Assembly (NCBI GenBank): GCA_000175855.1
Contig: ACYB01000042.1
Coordinates: 240,001-272,000 of the forward strand
Direction of reading: 5' to 3'
Source of the DNA: Raphidiopsis brookii D9
Lineage (GTDB): Bacteria > Cyanobacteriota > Cyanobacteriia > Cyanobacteriales > Nostocaceae
DNA length: 32,000 nt
Shown piece after piece: positions 10,577-20,702 of the stretch; position 1 is the first letter of the stretch; every line of letters begins with the position of its first letter. The notes beneath the pieces were generated by a model that was given only the letters and a program-made list of their open reading frames with translations, made no database searches and was not told where the DNA came from. Position numbers and translations under genes: made by a program.

Positions 10577-11461
10577 TCAGACCAATTTCATTTCGCACAA
10601 CACCGTTTTTAATTTCTGACATACTTCCATATCAGCTTCTAATAGTGGCAGACGCAGGGAGCCTACATCCCAACCGATTATTTTTAGTGCCTGTTTAACG
10701 GGAATGGGGTTGGCAGTTAAAAACAAAGCCTTAAACAGGGGAAAGAGTTGTAGATGAATCTCGGTAGCAGTTTTAACCTGGCCAAGACTAAAAGACTCAA
10801 TCATTTGTTTAATTTGATTACCTACTAAATGGGAAGCCACGCTAACCACTCCTTTGGCCCCAATTGCCAGTAGGGGTAAAGTCAGGGAATCATCTCCAGA
10901 GTAAATCTGAAACTCCCGTGGTGTCAAGCGGCGAATTTCGCTGGTTTGATCCAAATTACCACTAGCTTCTTTAATTCCCACAATGTTATCAATTTCTGCC
11001 AGTCGCATAACTGTTTCTGGAATTAAATTTTGACCTGTTCTGCTAGGGACATTATATAACAGGACTGGCATATCCGGACAGGATTTGGCGATCGCCTGAA
11101 AATGGTTATATAGTCCTGACTGGGGAGGTTTATTGTAGTAGGGTACCACTTGTAAAGAACCATGTAGACCCAATTTAGCTGCTTTTTGGGTAGCTGCGAT
11201 CGCCTCTGTAGTGGAATTAGAACCACAACCTGCAATTACCTGAGCTTTTCCCGACACAGCTTGTAGTACCTCAACAAACAGCTGGTATTCTTCATCCCAG
11301 CTGAGGGTAGGGGACTCGCCAGTTGTACCACATACTAACACAGTATCTGTGCCATTATCAACCAGATGGGAGGCCAATTTTCCTGCCATGTCGTAGTTAA
11401 CGTTCCCCTCCGGTGTAAACGGCGTAATCATTGCCGTTATGACTGTGCCAAAATCTCCCAC
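10577..11461 (-). CDS. dapA: 4-hydroxy-tetrahydrodipicolinate synthase
   Basis: [53 protein letters not shown] motifs; 294 aa. Confidence 0.97.
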   Translation of the reverse strand: MGDFGTVITAMITPFTPEGNVNYDMAGKLASHLVDNGTDTVLVCGTTGESPTLSWDEEYQLFVEVLQAVSGKAQVIAGCGSNSTTEAIAATQKAAKLGLHGSLQVVPYYNKPPQSGLYNHFQAIAKSCPDMPVLLYNVPSRTGQNLIPETVMRLAEIDNIVGIKEASGNLDQTSEIRRLTPREFQIYSGDDSLTLPLLAIGAKGVVSVASHLVGNQIKQMIESFSLGQVKTATEIHLQLFPLFKALFLTANPIPVKQALKIIGWDVGSLRLPLLEADMEVCQKLKTVLCEMKLV

Positions 11462-11535
11462 CCGTTTTTCACTCCTTACAATAAATTATCAAAGATGACT
11501 GACAATCGAGGATTACAAATTGATCATACCGTAGT

Positions 11536-12555
11536 TTAGCCCAGAAGATTTTGTTCGACTAATAATTCAGCGATTTGTACAGCATTTAAAGCTGCTCCCT
11601 TGCGAATCTGATCACCACATAGCCACAGTTCCAGTCCACAGGGGTGGGAAATGTCCTGTCTAATTCTACCCACCAAAACCTCATCCTTACCACTAGCTTC
11701 CATGGGCATGGGGAAATAATTTTTGTGCCAATCTTCCAGCAATTGAACACCGGGGGAACGGCTTAAAATTTCCCTAGCAGTATGTGGAGCAAAAGGGGTG
11801 TCAAACTCCAGATTAATAGCTTCCGAATGGGCTCGCAGTACGGGAACCCGCACACAAGTGGCAGTAATTCTAATATCTTGATTCCCGAATATTTTCCGGG
11901 TTTCGTTGACCATTTTTAATTCCTCCTCACAATATCCCATACTAGTCATGGGAGAGTTATGGGGGAATAAATTGAAGGCCAGAGGATAGGGAAGAACCTC
12001 GGACACGGGTTGTTTACCTTCCAATATTAACTGGGATTGGACTTTCACCTCTTCCATGGCTTTAGCTCCAGCACCACTGGCTGATTGATAGGTAGCAGCT
12101 ACAATTCGTTTAACCGGTTTGACCTGATGTAACGGCCAAACAGCCAATGCCATTAGTATTGTTGTACAGTTAGGATTAGCAATAATCCCTTTATGATTCG
12201 CCGATTCTTGAGGGTTGACCTCTGGGACAATCAAAGGCACATCCGGGTGCATGCGGAAAGTGCTAGAATTATCTATAACTACCGCTCCCCTCTCCACGGC
12301 CTTTGGGGCCCAAATTTTGGAGGTTCCACCTCCAGCACTAGCCAAAACAATATCAATCTGGTCAAAGGATCGGTCATTAACTGACTCTGTTACCAGATTT
12401 TCTCCCTGAAATTGGATAACCTTGCCAGCACTGCGTTCTGATGCCAATAATTTTAAATTACCGACCGGGAATTTACGACTTTCTAGTAGTTCCAGTAGTT
12501 CTGTACCAACAGCACCGGTAGCACCCAAAATAGCTATAGAATAGGATTTAGACAA
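11536..12555 (-). CDS. asd: Aspartate-semialdehyde dehydrogenase
   Basis: ILGATGAVGTELLELLE, SAGGGTSK, active-site NPNCTTI, QSASGAGAKAMEE; adjacent to dapA. Confidence 0.97.
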   Translation of the reverse strand: MSKSYSIAILGATGAVGTELLELLESRKFPVGNLKLLASERSAGKVIQFQGENLVTESVNDRSFDQIDIVLASAGGGTSKIWAPKAVERGAVVIDNSSTFRMHPDVPLIVPEVNPQESANHKGIIANPNCTTILMALAVWPLHQVKPVKRIVAATYQSASGAGAKAMEEVKVQSQLILEGKQPVSEVLPYPLAFNLFPHNSPMTSMGYCEEELKMVNETRKIFGNQDIRITATCVRVPVLRAHSEAINLEFDTPFAPHTAREILSRSPGVQLLEDWHKNYFPMPMEASGKDEVLVGRIRQDISHPCGLELWLCGDQIRKGAALNAVQIAELLVEQNLLG

Positions 12556-12850
12556 ATGGGACTCCTTAAACTAATCCCCTCCATTGTAGCAGAAAATCAC
12601 CATGAGTAGAATGGATATGAGGTTGGCTAAAAACAACTTTTAGATAAAATAGGGAATGGACAATGGGGGTAGCAAGCTGGTTTAAGTTTCCACCACACAC
12701 TATACCATTCCCCAAACTGCACAAAACTGATTTATAATTTCTAACGGTTGCTGTTGATTATCAGCGATTATCACAACATCTGTACCCTAGCAAGTTAGTT
12801 AAATCAGATTACTACAGCTATCAAGATAAAAATACCACAAGAGACTAAGC

Positions 12851-14200
12851 ATGAAAATTACCCAGGAAAAACTAGAAAAAAGCCAAATTGGACTAGAAAT
12901 AGAAATTACACAGGAATCCACCAGAGAAAAGTACGAGCAAGTAATTAAAGACCTAATGCGTAATGTAAACATTCCTGGGTTTCGTAAAGGCAAAGTAAGC
13001 CGACAGATATTATTGCAACGTATTGGTGCAAATCGTGTTAAAGCATCTGTATTAGAAGAATTAATTCCAGAAGCTATTGAACAAGCAGTTAAACAAGAGA
13101 ATATAAAAGCCATTGGTCAGCCAAAACTGGTTTCATCTTTCGATGATCTTATTGGTAAATATAAGCCAGGAGAAACCTTGACATTTTCCGCTGCAGTGGA
13201 TGTGGAACCTGAAGTAAAAATTAAACAATACACAGGAATGCAAATTAAAGCGGAGGAAGTCAAGTATGATTCCAGCCAAGTAGATCGGGCCATTGAGGAA
13301 GAACGGGAGAAAATAGCGACCTTAGTCCCAGTAGAGGGAAGGGCGGCCCAACTAGGAGATGTAGCGCTAGTGGATTTTCATGGAGTACTGACAGAAGACC
13401 CAAAACCGATTCCTGGCGCTGAGGGAGAAGATTTTTCAGTAGATTTAAATGAGGATCGGTTTATTCCTGGATTTGTCACTGGTATAGTAGGCATGATTCC
13501 GGGAGAAACTAGGGAAATTCCAGCCCAGTTTCCCCATAATTACCCTGATGAGGAACTGTCCAATAAAGCAGCATTGTTTACAGTAACACTCAAGGAAATT
13601 AAGGAAAAAGAACTACCGGAACTAGACGACAATTTTGCCGAAGAGGTCAGTGATTTCAAAACTTTAGCAGAATTAAGAGCATCCTTAGAAAAACAATTTC
13701 AACAGAAGGTGGAAGAAAAAAATACTGAAAATAAGCACAACGCCTTGTTGCAAGAGTTGTTGCAGCATGTAGAAATTGATTTGCCAGAAACCATGATTGA
13801 ACAGCAGGTAGATCACAAATTGGAGAAAACTGCTTTCAATCTGGCACAGCAGGGTTTGGACGTGAAAAGACTGTTCACTAGGGAAACCGTTGTTCAATTA
13901 CGAGAAAATATACGACCCTCTGCAATTGAGGATCTTAAACGCGACTTAGCCATAAGAGAAATCGCTAAACAGGAATCAATCACAGTAGATAAGGAAGAAG
14001 TTCAGAAAAAAGCCGCCGAGGTGTTACAACAATACTCTAATGAAGACATAGATGTAAAGAATTTAAATTTAGTATTAGAGATAGAGTTAGAAAGAGAGAA
14101 AGTTCTGGAGTGGCTAATTACCAACTCATCCATAGAACTAGTACCAGAAGGTTCCTTGAGTGGTGGAGACCAGGAACCAGAAACCGCCACTCCTGAGTAA
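12851..14200 (+). CDS. tig: Trigger factor
   Basis: 449 aa; NIPGFRKGKVSRQIL ribosome-binding signature; followed by clpP and clpX. Confidence 0.96.
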   Translation: MKITQEKLEKSQIGLEIEITQESTREKYEQVIKDLMRNVNIPGFRKGKVSRQILLQRIGANRVKASVLEELIPEAIEQAVKQENIKAIGQPKLVSSFDDLIGKYKPGETLTFSAAVDVEPEVKIKQYTGMQIKAEEVKYDSSQVDRAIEEEREKIATLVPVEGRAAQLGDVALVDFHGVLTEDPKPIPGAEGEDFSVDLNEDRFIPGFVTGIVGMIPGETREIPAQFPHNYPDEELSNKAALFTVTLKEIKEKELPELDDNFAEEVSDFKTLAELRASLEKQFQQKVEEKNTENKHNALLQELLQHVEIDLPETMIEQQVDHKLEKTAFNLAQQGLDVKRLFTRETVVQLRENIRPSAIEDLKRDLAIREIAKQESITVDKEEVQKKAAEVLQQYSNEDIDVKNLNLVLEIELEREKVLEWLITNSSIELVPEGSLSGGDQEPETATPE

Positions 14201-14205
14201 GAAGA

Positions 14206-14249
14206 ATGGGAAGACACATAGACACTAGTAGTTTGCAAAGTCTTCCCAT
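14206..14249. repeat. Perfect 10-bp inverted repeat downstream of tig (possible transcript-end or regulatory hairpin)
   Basis: ATGGGAAGAC (14206-14215) / GTCTTCCCAT (14240-14249), 24-nt loop; no strong U-tract afterwards. Confidence 0.5.
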
Positions 14250-14419
14250 GAATAAATACCTAATTTTTCCAAAGAAACCACAAGAAAAGTAAATATAAGG
14301 CATAATGGTTAGCACGAACCCTAAAAACCGTGATATTTAAAAACCATATCCTCGCCTTCATCTCCCATGGAGTTACATCCTGTCCAAATTAGTCTAACTG
14401 AAGTTTTAAATATTTTTGT

Positions 14420-15130
14420 ATGCTTATATCACAGTCGGAAAATGCCCCAATTACCAGTCTGACCACCATGAATATCCAATGTGGTTATAATGGAATAAAT
14501 CCTAGCCCTAGCAGTATTGTCCCCATGGTGGTGGAACAATCTGGTATGGGGGAGAGAGCATTTGATATATACTCGCGATTGTTGCGGGAGCGGATTATTT
14601 TTTTAGGAACGGCCATAGATGACAATGTAGCCAACTCCATAGTTGCCCAATTGTTGTTTCTGGATGCGGAAGACCCAGAAAAGGACGTTCAACTGTACAT
14701 CAACTCCCCTGGGGGGTCTGTTTATGCAGGAATGGCAATCTATGATACTATCCAACAAATACGTCCTGATGTAGTAACTATTTGTTTTGGACTAGCAGCT
14801 AGTATGGGAGCATTTTTGTTAACTGCAGGGACTGCGGGCAAGCGCATGTCATTACCAGATTCACGGATCATGATTCATCAACCACTGGGCGGTGCTCAAG
14901 GACAAGCAATTGATATTGAAATCCAAGCGCGCGAGATTCTTTACATTAAAGCTAATTTAAATCAACTAATGTCAAAACATACTGGGCAACCTTTAGAAAG
15001 AATTGAAGCTGATACCGAGCGTGACTTTTTTATGTCACCACAGGAAGCTAAAGATTATGGCTTAATTGACCAGGTTATTTCCAGGCAAAATCTCCCCTCA
15101 TCTGGGGCACCAGTCACCATAGTTAAATAA
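14420..15130 (+). CDS. clpP: ATP-dependent Clp protease proteolytic subunit
   Basis: [19 protein letters not shown] (Ser site) and [15 protein letters not shown] (His site). Homology begins at [20 protein letters not shown], so the true start may be ATG 14525. Confidence 0.94.
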   Translation: MLISQSENAPITSLTTMNIQCGYNGINPSPSSIVPMVVEQSGMGERAFDIYSRLLRERIIFLGTAIDDNVANSIVAQLLFLDAEDPEKDVQLYINSPGGSVYAGMAIYDTIQQIRPDVVTICFGLAASMGAFLLTAGTAGKRMSLPDSRIMIHQPLGGAQGQAIDIEIQAREILYIKANLNQLMSKHTGQPLERIEADTERDFFMSPQEAKDYGLIDQVISRQNLPSSGAPVTIVK

Positions 15131-15140
15131 GAGGCTTGAT

Positions 15141-16465
15141 ATGTCTAAATACGATTCACACTTAAAATGTTCGTTTTGCGGCAAGTCTCAGGAGCAAGTG
15201 CGGAAATTAATTGCAGGTCCGGGAGTATACATCTGTGACGAATGTGTTGAGCTGTGCAACGAAATTTTGGACGAAGAACTGTTAGATGCTGCTAATAACC
15301 CGGCAAATTCTTCCCCACCCAAACCAGAACAAACTCCAAAACGTCGTACTAATTCTGCTAATCTCTCCCTGAATCAAATTCCTAAACCCAGGGAAATTAA
15401 AAATTACTTAGATGATCACGTTATTGGGCAAGACGAGGCAAAGAAGGTTCTTTCTGTTGCTGTTTACAATCACTACAAACGGTTAGCAGTAGCTCAAGGT
15501 AAAGCAGAGGATAGTGTGGAGTTACAAAAATCCAACATTCTCTTAATTGGTCCTACTGGTTGTGGTAAAACCCTGTTAGCTCAAACCTTAGCCAAAATCC
15601 TGGATGTTCCCTTTGCTGTAGCGGATGCCACAACCTTAACAGAAGCAGGATATGTGGGAGAGGATGTAGAGAATATTCTCCTGAGACTATTACAAGTTGC
15701 CAACTTGGATGTGGAAGAAGCACAAAGAGGGATAATCTACATTGACGAAATAGATAAAATTGCTCGTAAGAGTGAAAACACTTCCATTACTAGGGATGTA
15801 TCTGGTGAAGGTGTACAACAGGCCCTTTTAAAAATGTTAGAAGGTACTGTTGCCAATGTACCACCCCAGGGGGACGTAAACATCCCTATCAGGACTGCAT
15901 TCAGATTGACACTAGCAACATCCTGTTTATTTGCGGCGGAGCTTTTGTCGGTTTAGAAAAAGTAGTAGACCACAGAGTTGGCAAAAAGTCAATGGGCTTT
16001 GTGCAGTCTGGGGAAGGGCAATCTAAAGAAAAACGCGTAGCAACTACCCTCAAACAATTAGAACCCGATGATTTAGTTAAATTCGGCATGATTCCAGAAT
16101 TTATCGGACGCATGCCCATGGTAGCAGTGGTTGAACCCTTGGATGAGGATGCTCTCATGGCCATTCTCACCCAGCCCCGTAGTGCTTTAGTCAAGCAATA
16201 TCAAAAACTGCTTAAAATGGATAATGTAAACCTGGAGTTTAAAGAAGAAGCATTAAGTGCGATCGCCCAAGAGGCATACAGGAGAAAAACAGGAGCCAGG
16301 GCGCTACGAGGGATTGTAGAGGAACTAATGTTAGACGTAATGTATGAGTTGCCATCTCGTAAAGATGTAACCACCTGCACAGTGACAAGAGAGATGGTAG
16401 AGAAGCGTTCTACAGCTGAATTGTTAGTTCATCCTTCTTCCCTACCTAAGCCAGAATCTGCCTAG
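15141..16465 (+). CDS. clpX: ATP-dependent Clp protease ATP-binding subunit ClpX, with one apparent frameshift
   Basis: N-terminal zinc domain [30 protein letters not shown]; Walker [16 protein letters not shown]. Frame is lost at the G-run 15869-15873 and recovered as ...[41 protein letters not shown]; C-terminal part listed as ORF 15992..16465. Confidence 0.93.
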
Positions 16466-16594
16466 ACTAGATAGATAAAAGAGTTTGGGGATGAGATATA
16501 GCGTGTCCCCCTATTCTTTATTAATCCTGTGGTAAGTGTTCTGGAAAACCTATATAAAAAAGCTATATATTATATAGATTATAACTAGCGGTTT

Positions 16595-17446
16595 ATGGCT
16601 TATATAGAAGTTCGCGGTGTGAATCACTACTATGAGTGGATAAGAAAACCATCGGAAATAGCAAAACCGGTGATAGTGTTTTTGCATGGTTGGGCAGGTT
16701 CTTGTAGATATTGGCGCAGTACAGCCGAAGTATTATCGGAGAGATTTGATTGTTTGTTGTATGATTTAAGAGGTTTTGGTAGTTCCGAGTGTCAGCCTAA
16801 GAATAATCAAGAACCTATTAAATTAAGTTATGAACTAACAGAATACGCGGAGGATTTAGCAGCTTTATTAAACCAATTGAACCTAGAGCGAGTGTATATT
16901 AATGCTCATTCCATGGGAGCTTCAATTGCCACCTTATTTTTCAATCGTTATCCCCAAAGGGTGGTGAAAGGGATTTTGACTTGTAGTGGAATTTTTGAAT
17001 ATGACGAAAAAGCCTTTGCTGCATTTTATCAATTTGGTGGATATGTAGTTAAATTTCGCCCTCAATGGTTAACCAAAATACCCTTAGCTGACAGAATGTT
17101 CATGGCGAGATTTTTGCATCGTCCAATTCCTGATAGTGAAAGAATAGCCTTTTTAGAAGATTTTGTAGCTGCGAATTACGATGCAGCTCTAGGGACAATT
17201 TTCACATCTGTAAGCAAAGAACAAGCAGAAACCATGCCTGATGAATTTGCCAAATTAACAGTACCCACATTATTAATTGCTGGAGAGCATGATATCATCA
17301 TTCCTGCTGATCTCGGGAAAAAAGCAGCCAATTTGAATGATAAAATTCAGTTAGAAATAATCCCTGATACTGCTCATTTTCCTATGTTAGAGGATCCAGA
17401 GACTTATTTAGATAAAGTACAAGGTTTTCTAGTCGCTAATATTTAG
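16595..17446 (+). CDS. Alpha/beta hydrolase
   Basis: HGWAGSCRYW, nucleophile elbow AHSMGAS, catalytic region IAGEHDIIIP and TAHFPMLEDPE. Confidence 0.9.
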   Translation: MAYIEVRGVNHYYEWIRKPSEIAKPVIVFLHGWAGSCRYWRSTAEVLSERFDCLLYDLRGFGSSECQPKNNQEPIKLSYELTEYAEDLAALLNQLNLERVYINAHSMGASIATLFFNRYPQRVVKGILTCSGIFEYDEKAFAAFYQFGGYVVKFRPQWLTKIPLADRMFMARFLHRPIPDSERIAFLEDFVAANYDAALGTIFTSVSKEQAETMPDEFAKLTVPTLLIAGEHDIIIPADLGKKAANLNDKIQLEIIPDTAHFPMLEDPETYLDKVQGFLVANI

Positions 17447-17457
17447 GGAAGTAAAGT

Positions 17458-17925
17458 ATGAATATTGGGAATTTAGAAGACTTAGGGTTAGGAGATTTAC
17501 AACAACTGCACGAAACAGATGATTACCAGTGGTTATTGACCAACATTAAACTATTGAAGAATAGGCAGTTTGACCAGCTGGATTTAGAAAATTTAATTGA
17601 GGAATTAACTGACTTGGGTAATGAGAAAAAAAATGCAGTAGAAAGTTTGCTGCAACAGATTATTAGGCACTTATTACTCTACCAGTATTGGAATGTGGAA
17701 ATTGAGAGAAATTCTGGACATTGGCAAGCGGAAATTTATAACTTTCGAGATCAGCTAAATAGTAAATTAACCAGTAACTTACGTAGCCATCTAGTTGGAG
17801 AAATGCCAAAGATTTATCAAAGAGCCTTAGGTTACGTACAACGAAAAACAAACTATCAAATTGATTTTCCTAGAGAATCTCCCTACAGTTTAGAACAGTT
17901 GCTAGATATTAATTATCTTAGTTGA
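17458..17925 (+). CDS. DUF29 family protein (copy 1)
   Basis: YETDDYxWL...LDLENLIEELTDLGxxKKNAVxSLL...IIRHLLLxQYW pattern of cyanobacterial DUF29; 155 aa. Confidence 0.85.
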   Translation: MNIGNLEDLGLGDLQQLHETDDYQWLLTNIKLLKNRQFDQLDLENLIEELTDLGNEKKNAVESLLQQIIRHLLLYQYWNVEIERNSGHWQAEIYNFRDQLNSKLTSNLRSHLVGEMPKIYQRALGYVQRKTNYQIDFPRESPYSLEQLLDINYLS

Positions 17926-17961
17926 CTAACCATTAGTAAATGAAAAGCTTAGAGGTAAAGT

Positions 17962-18429
17962 ATGAGTATTGGCAAGTTAAAAGACTTAAAGTTAGGAGAT
18001 TTACAACAACTGTACGAAACAGATGATTACCAGTGGTTATTGACCAACATTAAACTATTGAAGAATAGGCAGTTTGACCAGCTGGATTTAGAAAATTTAA
18101 TTGAGGAATTAACTGACTTGGGTAATGAGAAAAAAAATGCAGTTAGGAGTTTATTAGAGCAGATTATCAGACACTTATTATTGATACAATATTGGCAGGA
18201 AGAACACGAAATAAATAGTCATCATTGGCAATCAGAATTGCTGGGATTTCGTTATCAAATGCAAGATAGATTAACAACCAACTTACAATTGTTTCTAGCT
18301 CAGGAGATGGAAAATACTTATCAAAGAGCATTAAAATTTGTCCAGATCAAGACAAAATTTAAAGTACAGTTTCCCGCTGAGTGCCCTTACACCCTGGAAC
18401 AATTATTAAATATCGATTATACCGGTTGA
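17962..18429 (+). CDS. DUF29 family protein (copy 2, tandem paralogue)
   Basis: 155 aa, collinear with copy 1 at an exact offset of 504 bp without indels. Confidence 0.85.
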   Translation: MSIGKLKDLKLGDLQQLYETDDYQWLLTNIKLLKNRQFDQLDLENLIEELTDLGNEKKNAVRSLLEQIIRHLLLIQYWQEEHEINSHHWQSELLGFRYQMQDRLTTNLQLFLAQEMENTYQRALKFVQIKTKFKVQFPAECPYTLEQLLNIDYTG

Positions 18430-18546
18430 CAAAAATAAAAACTTGTGGAATAATCATTCTGTCTAAATGTGGCAAAATGTGGCAAAGCATCAGAAATAAC
18501 AATTTAATCTTAAACTATGGGTATTGTAAGGAGTGAAAGGAAACAA

Positions 18547-19842
18547 ATGTTAAAACGTAACGTTTCTCTAGTGTTGAGTGTAACATTGGCAACTAGTGCT
18601 TGTTTTTTGGGTGGTTGTGAAAATACAACCCAAAGTACAAATAATACTACCTCACCTACAAACACAGGAAGTGGTAAAGGACTAAAAATTGGTAGTTTAT
18701 TGCCAACCACTGGGGATCTAGCTTCCATTGGTCAACAAATGGCAGCTTCAGTTCCCCTACTAGTAGAAACCGTCAATGCTTGTGGTGGTGTAAATGGTGA
18801 ACCAGTACAACTAGTGGAAGTAGATGACCAAACTAAACCAGAAAGTGGTGCAGCTGGTATGACTAAACTAGCTACAGTAGATAAAGTAGCTGGTGTAGTT
18901 GGTTCCTTTGCTAGTAGTGTTTCCACCGCAGCTGTTTCAGTAGCTACACCCAATAAAGTTATGCTGATATCACCAGGAAGCACCAGTCCCGTATTTACCC
19001 AAAAAGCTCAAAAAGGTGACTTTAAAGGTTTTTGGGCACGGACTGCACCACCAGATACCTATCAAGCATTGGCTTTAGCTCAACTGGCCAAGAAAAAAGG
19101 TTTTAAGAGGGTTTCCACAGTTGTGATTAATAACGACTATGGTGTAGGTTTTGAAAAAGCATTTGTACAAACTTTTGAAAAATTAGGTGGAACAGTAGTT
19201 AATAAAAATAAACCTGTGCGCTATGACCCTAAAGCCCAAACTTTTGAAACTGAAGCTAGTGCCGCTTTTTCGGGTAAGCCAGATGCAGTTTTGGGTGTAA
19301 TGTACGCAGAGACAGGTAGTTTATTTCTTAAAGCCGCTTATCAACAAGGAGTAGCTAAGGGAGTACAAATTCTATTGACTGATGGAGTGAAATCAGATAA
19401 CTTCCCGGAACAGGTAGGTAAGGGAGCAGATGGTAAATATTTATTATCTGGAGCAATAGGAACAACCCCCGGTTCCAACGGTAAAGCCCTAGAGTCCTTC
19501 AAAAAATTATGGCAACAAAAGAAAGGTGGCACTCCGGGAGAATACGCACCTCAAGCCTGGGATGCTGCAGCTTTGTTGGTGTTAGCAGCTCAATCGGCTA
19601 AAGAAAATACCGGTGTGGGAATTTCCAGCAAAATTCGGGAAGTTGCTGAAGGTAGTGGCACAGAAGTTTCTGATGTGTGTGAAGGACTCAAATTGCTCAA
19701 AGCAGGTACAAAGATTAATTACCAAGGCGCTAGCGGGGATGTGGATGTGGATGCTAATGGTGATGTACTCGGTGTTTATGATGTTTGGACTGTGGGTGAT
19801 GATGGTAAAATCACAGTTATTGACCAAGTAAGTCCCAAATAG
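18547..19842 (+). CDS. Amino-acid ABC transporter substrate-binding lipoprotein (branched-chain/neutral amino acid type, NatB-like)
   Basis: Signal peptide with lipobox CFLGGC; LKIGSLLPTTGDLASIGQQM... periplasmic binding protein type 1 fold. ORF track begins 18517 but ATG 18547 gives the signal peptide a normal start. Confidence 0.85.
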   Translation: MLKRNVSLVLSVTLATSACFLGGCENTTQSTNNTTSPTNTGSGKGLKIGSLLPTTGDLASIGQQMAASVPLLVETVNACGGVNGEPVQLVEVDDQTKPESGAAGMTKLATVDKVAGVVGSFASSVSTAAVSVATPNKVMLISPGSTSPVFTQKAQKGDFKGFWARTAPPDTYQALALAQLAKKKGFKRVSTVVINNDYGVGFEKAFVQTFEKLGGTVVNKNKPVRYDPKAQTFETEASAAFSGKPDAVLGVMYAETGSLFLKAAYQQGVAKGVQILLTDGVKSDNFPEQVGKGADGKYLLSGAIGTTPGSNGKALESFKKLWQQKKGGTPGEYAPQAWDAAALLVLAAQSAKENTGVGISSKIREVAEGSGTEVSDVCEGLKLLKAGTKINYQGASGDVDVDANGDVLGVYDVWTVGDDGKITVIDQVSPK

Positions 19843-19849
19843 GTTTATG

Positions 19850-19873
19850 GGGGGTTGGGAAGTACCCTCCCCC
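19850..19873. terminator. G/C-rich hairpin between convergent genes
   Basis: GGGGG TT GGG AAGTA CCC T CCCCC lying between the stop at 19842 (+) and the stop at 19880 (-). Confidence 0.5.
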
Positions 19874-19879
19874 TGGTGA

Positions 19880-20503
19880 CTAAATTCCGCTGAATCTATA
19901 ACCCACACCAAATAACAAACCAATATCAACGGAGCGGAAAAACCCCGCATTGATAGATGCTGTAGCGGTAAATCTATCACTTAATGGCATATCCACACCA
20001 CCGGATAATAACAGAGCAATTCTAGGATATTTATCATTTTGAACTCGCACATTAATATCCCTACTGTCTTTAATTGCCACGCCAATTCCCGCATAGGGAG
20101 CAATGGGTAGGGTGGAACCATTTAATACTTGTTTTATTTGTGGGTAGGCAAAATCATAAGTGATGGGAAATATAAGTGTGGTCTCTCTACCTAAAACCGC
20201 TCCCGGTCTGATTGAGAATGAATTGAAAAGGGAGAGCTTGCTGACAATTCCAAAATTACCATCAGCTAATGGGGAACTACCACCACTTATACCAATATTT
20301 CCTCCCACCCCTATATAACTTCCCCCTTCTTGAATGGGTCTTGTTAAAGCAGCATCCATTTGAGACTGGGTAGCTTGATCAGGAGGAGCAGCATTATCTG
20401 ATGGACTAACCTGTGCTGTTGCAGAAAGACCACCACCTAAAACCACTAAGGTTAGTAAACTTGATAAGCAAAAAAGATGTTTGGCTAAAAACATAGTATT
20501 CAC
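19880..20503 (-). CDS. Secreted/outer-membrane beta-barrel-like hypothetical protein
   Basis: N-terminal signal peptide ending ...LGGGLSATAQ; Gly-rich alternating strands ending GLLFGVGYRFSGI. Confidence 0.6.
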   Translation of the reverse strand: MNTMFLAKHLFCLSSLLTLVVLGGGLSATAQVSPSDNAAPPDQATQSQMDAALTRPIQEGGSYIGVGGNIGISGGSSPLADGNFGIVSKLSLFNSFSIRPGAVLGRETTLIFPITYDFAYPQIKQVLNGSTLPIAPYAGIGVAIKDSRDINVRVQNDKYPRIALLLSGGVDMPLSDRFTATASINAGFFRSVDIGLLFGVGYRFSGI

Positions 20504-20702
20504 ATCATTGGGTAGTATTGTGATATGGTAACATCTCTAAGTTGTTAGTATTGTTTGGGACGAAATCCATGGTTAATATCAAGAATTTCCTCACTCTTTA
20601 ACATTCAACACTAAAAAATCCTTTTTTGCATCCCTAATTTGAAATAAACTATTAGGATAGAAGTATTTGCTACCCTGTGTATATATCTCACCAGAGTTAA
20701 TA

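Noticed and set aside
12799-13113. Minus-strand ORF (104 aa) overlapping the start of tig
   Set aside because: Antisense to strongly supported trigger-factor coding sequence, with no recognisable motifs or matching ribosome-binding context.
14002-14238. Minus-strand ORF antisense to the end of tig
   Set aside because: Composition is the mirror of the tig C-terminus; no independent coding evidence.
17458-18429. Tandem DUF29 genes as a toxin-antitoxin pair
   Set aside because: The two proteins are paralogues of equal length and neither has a toxin or DNA-binding antitoxin motif; only the hypothesis of a functional cluster is kept.
18476-18500. Short direct repeat aatgtggcaaaatgtggcaaa upstream of the NatB-like gene
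   Set aside because: Only two short copies; not a CRISPR and could be chance in AT-rich DNA.
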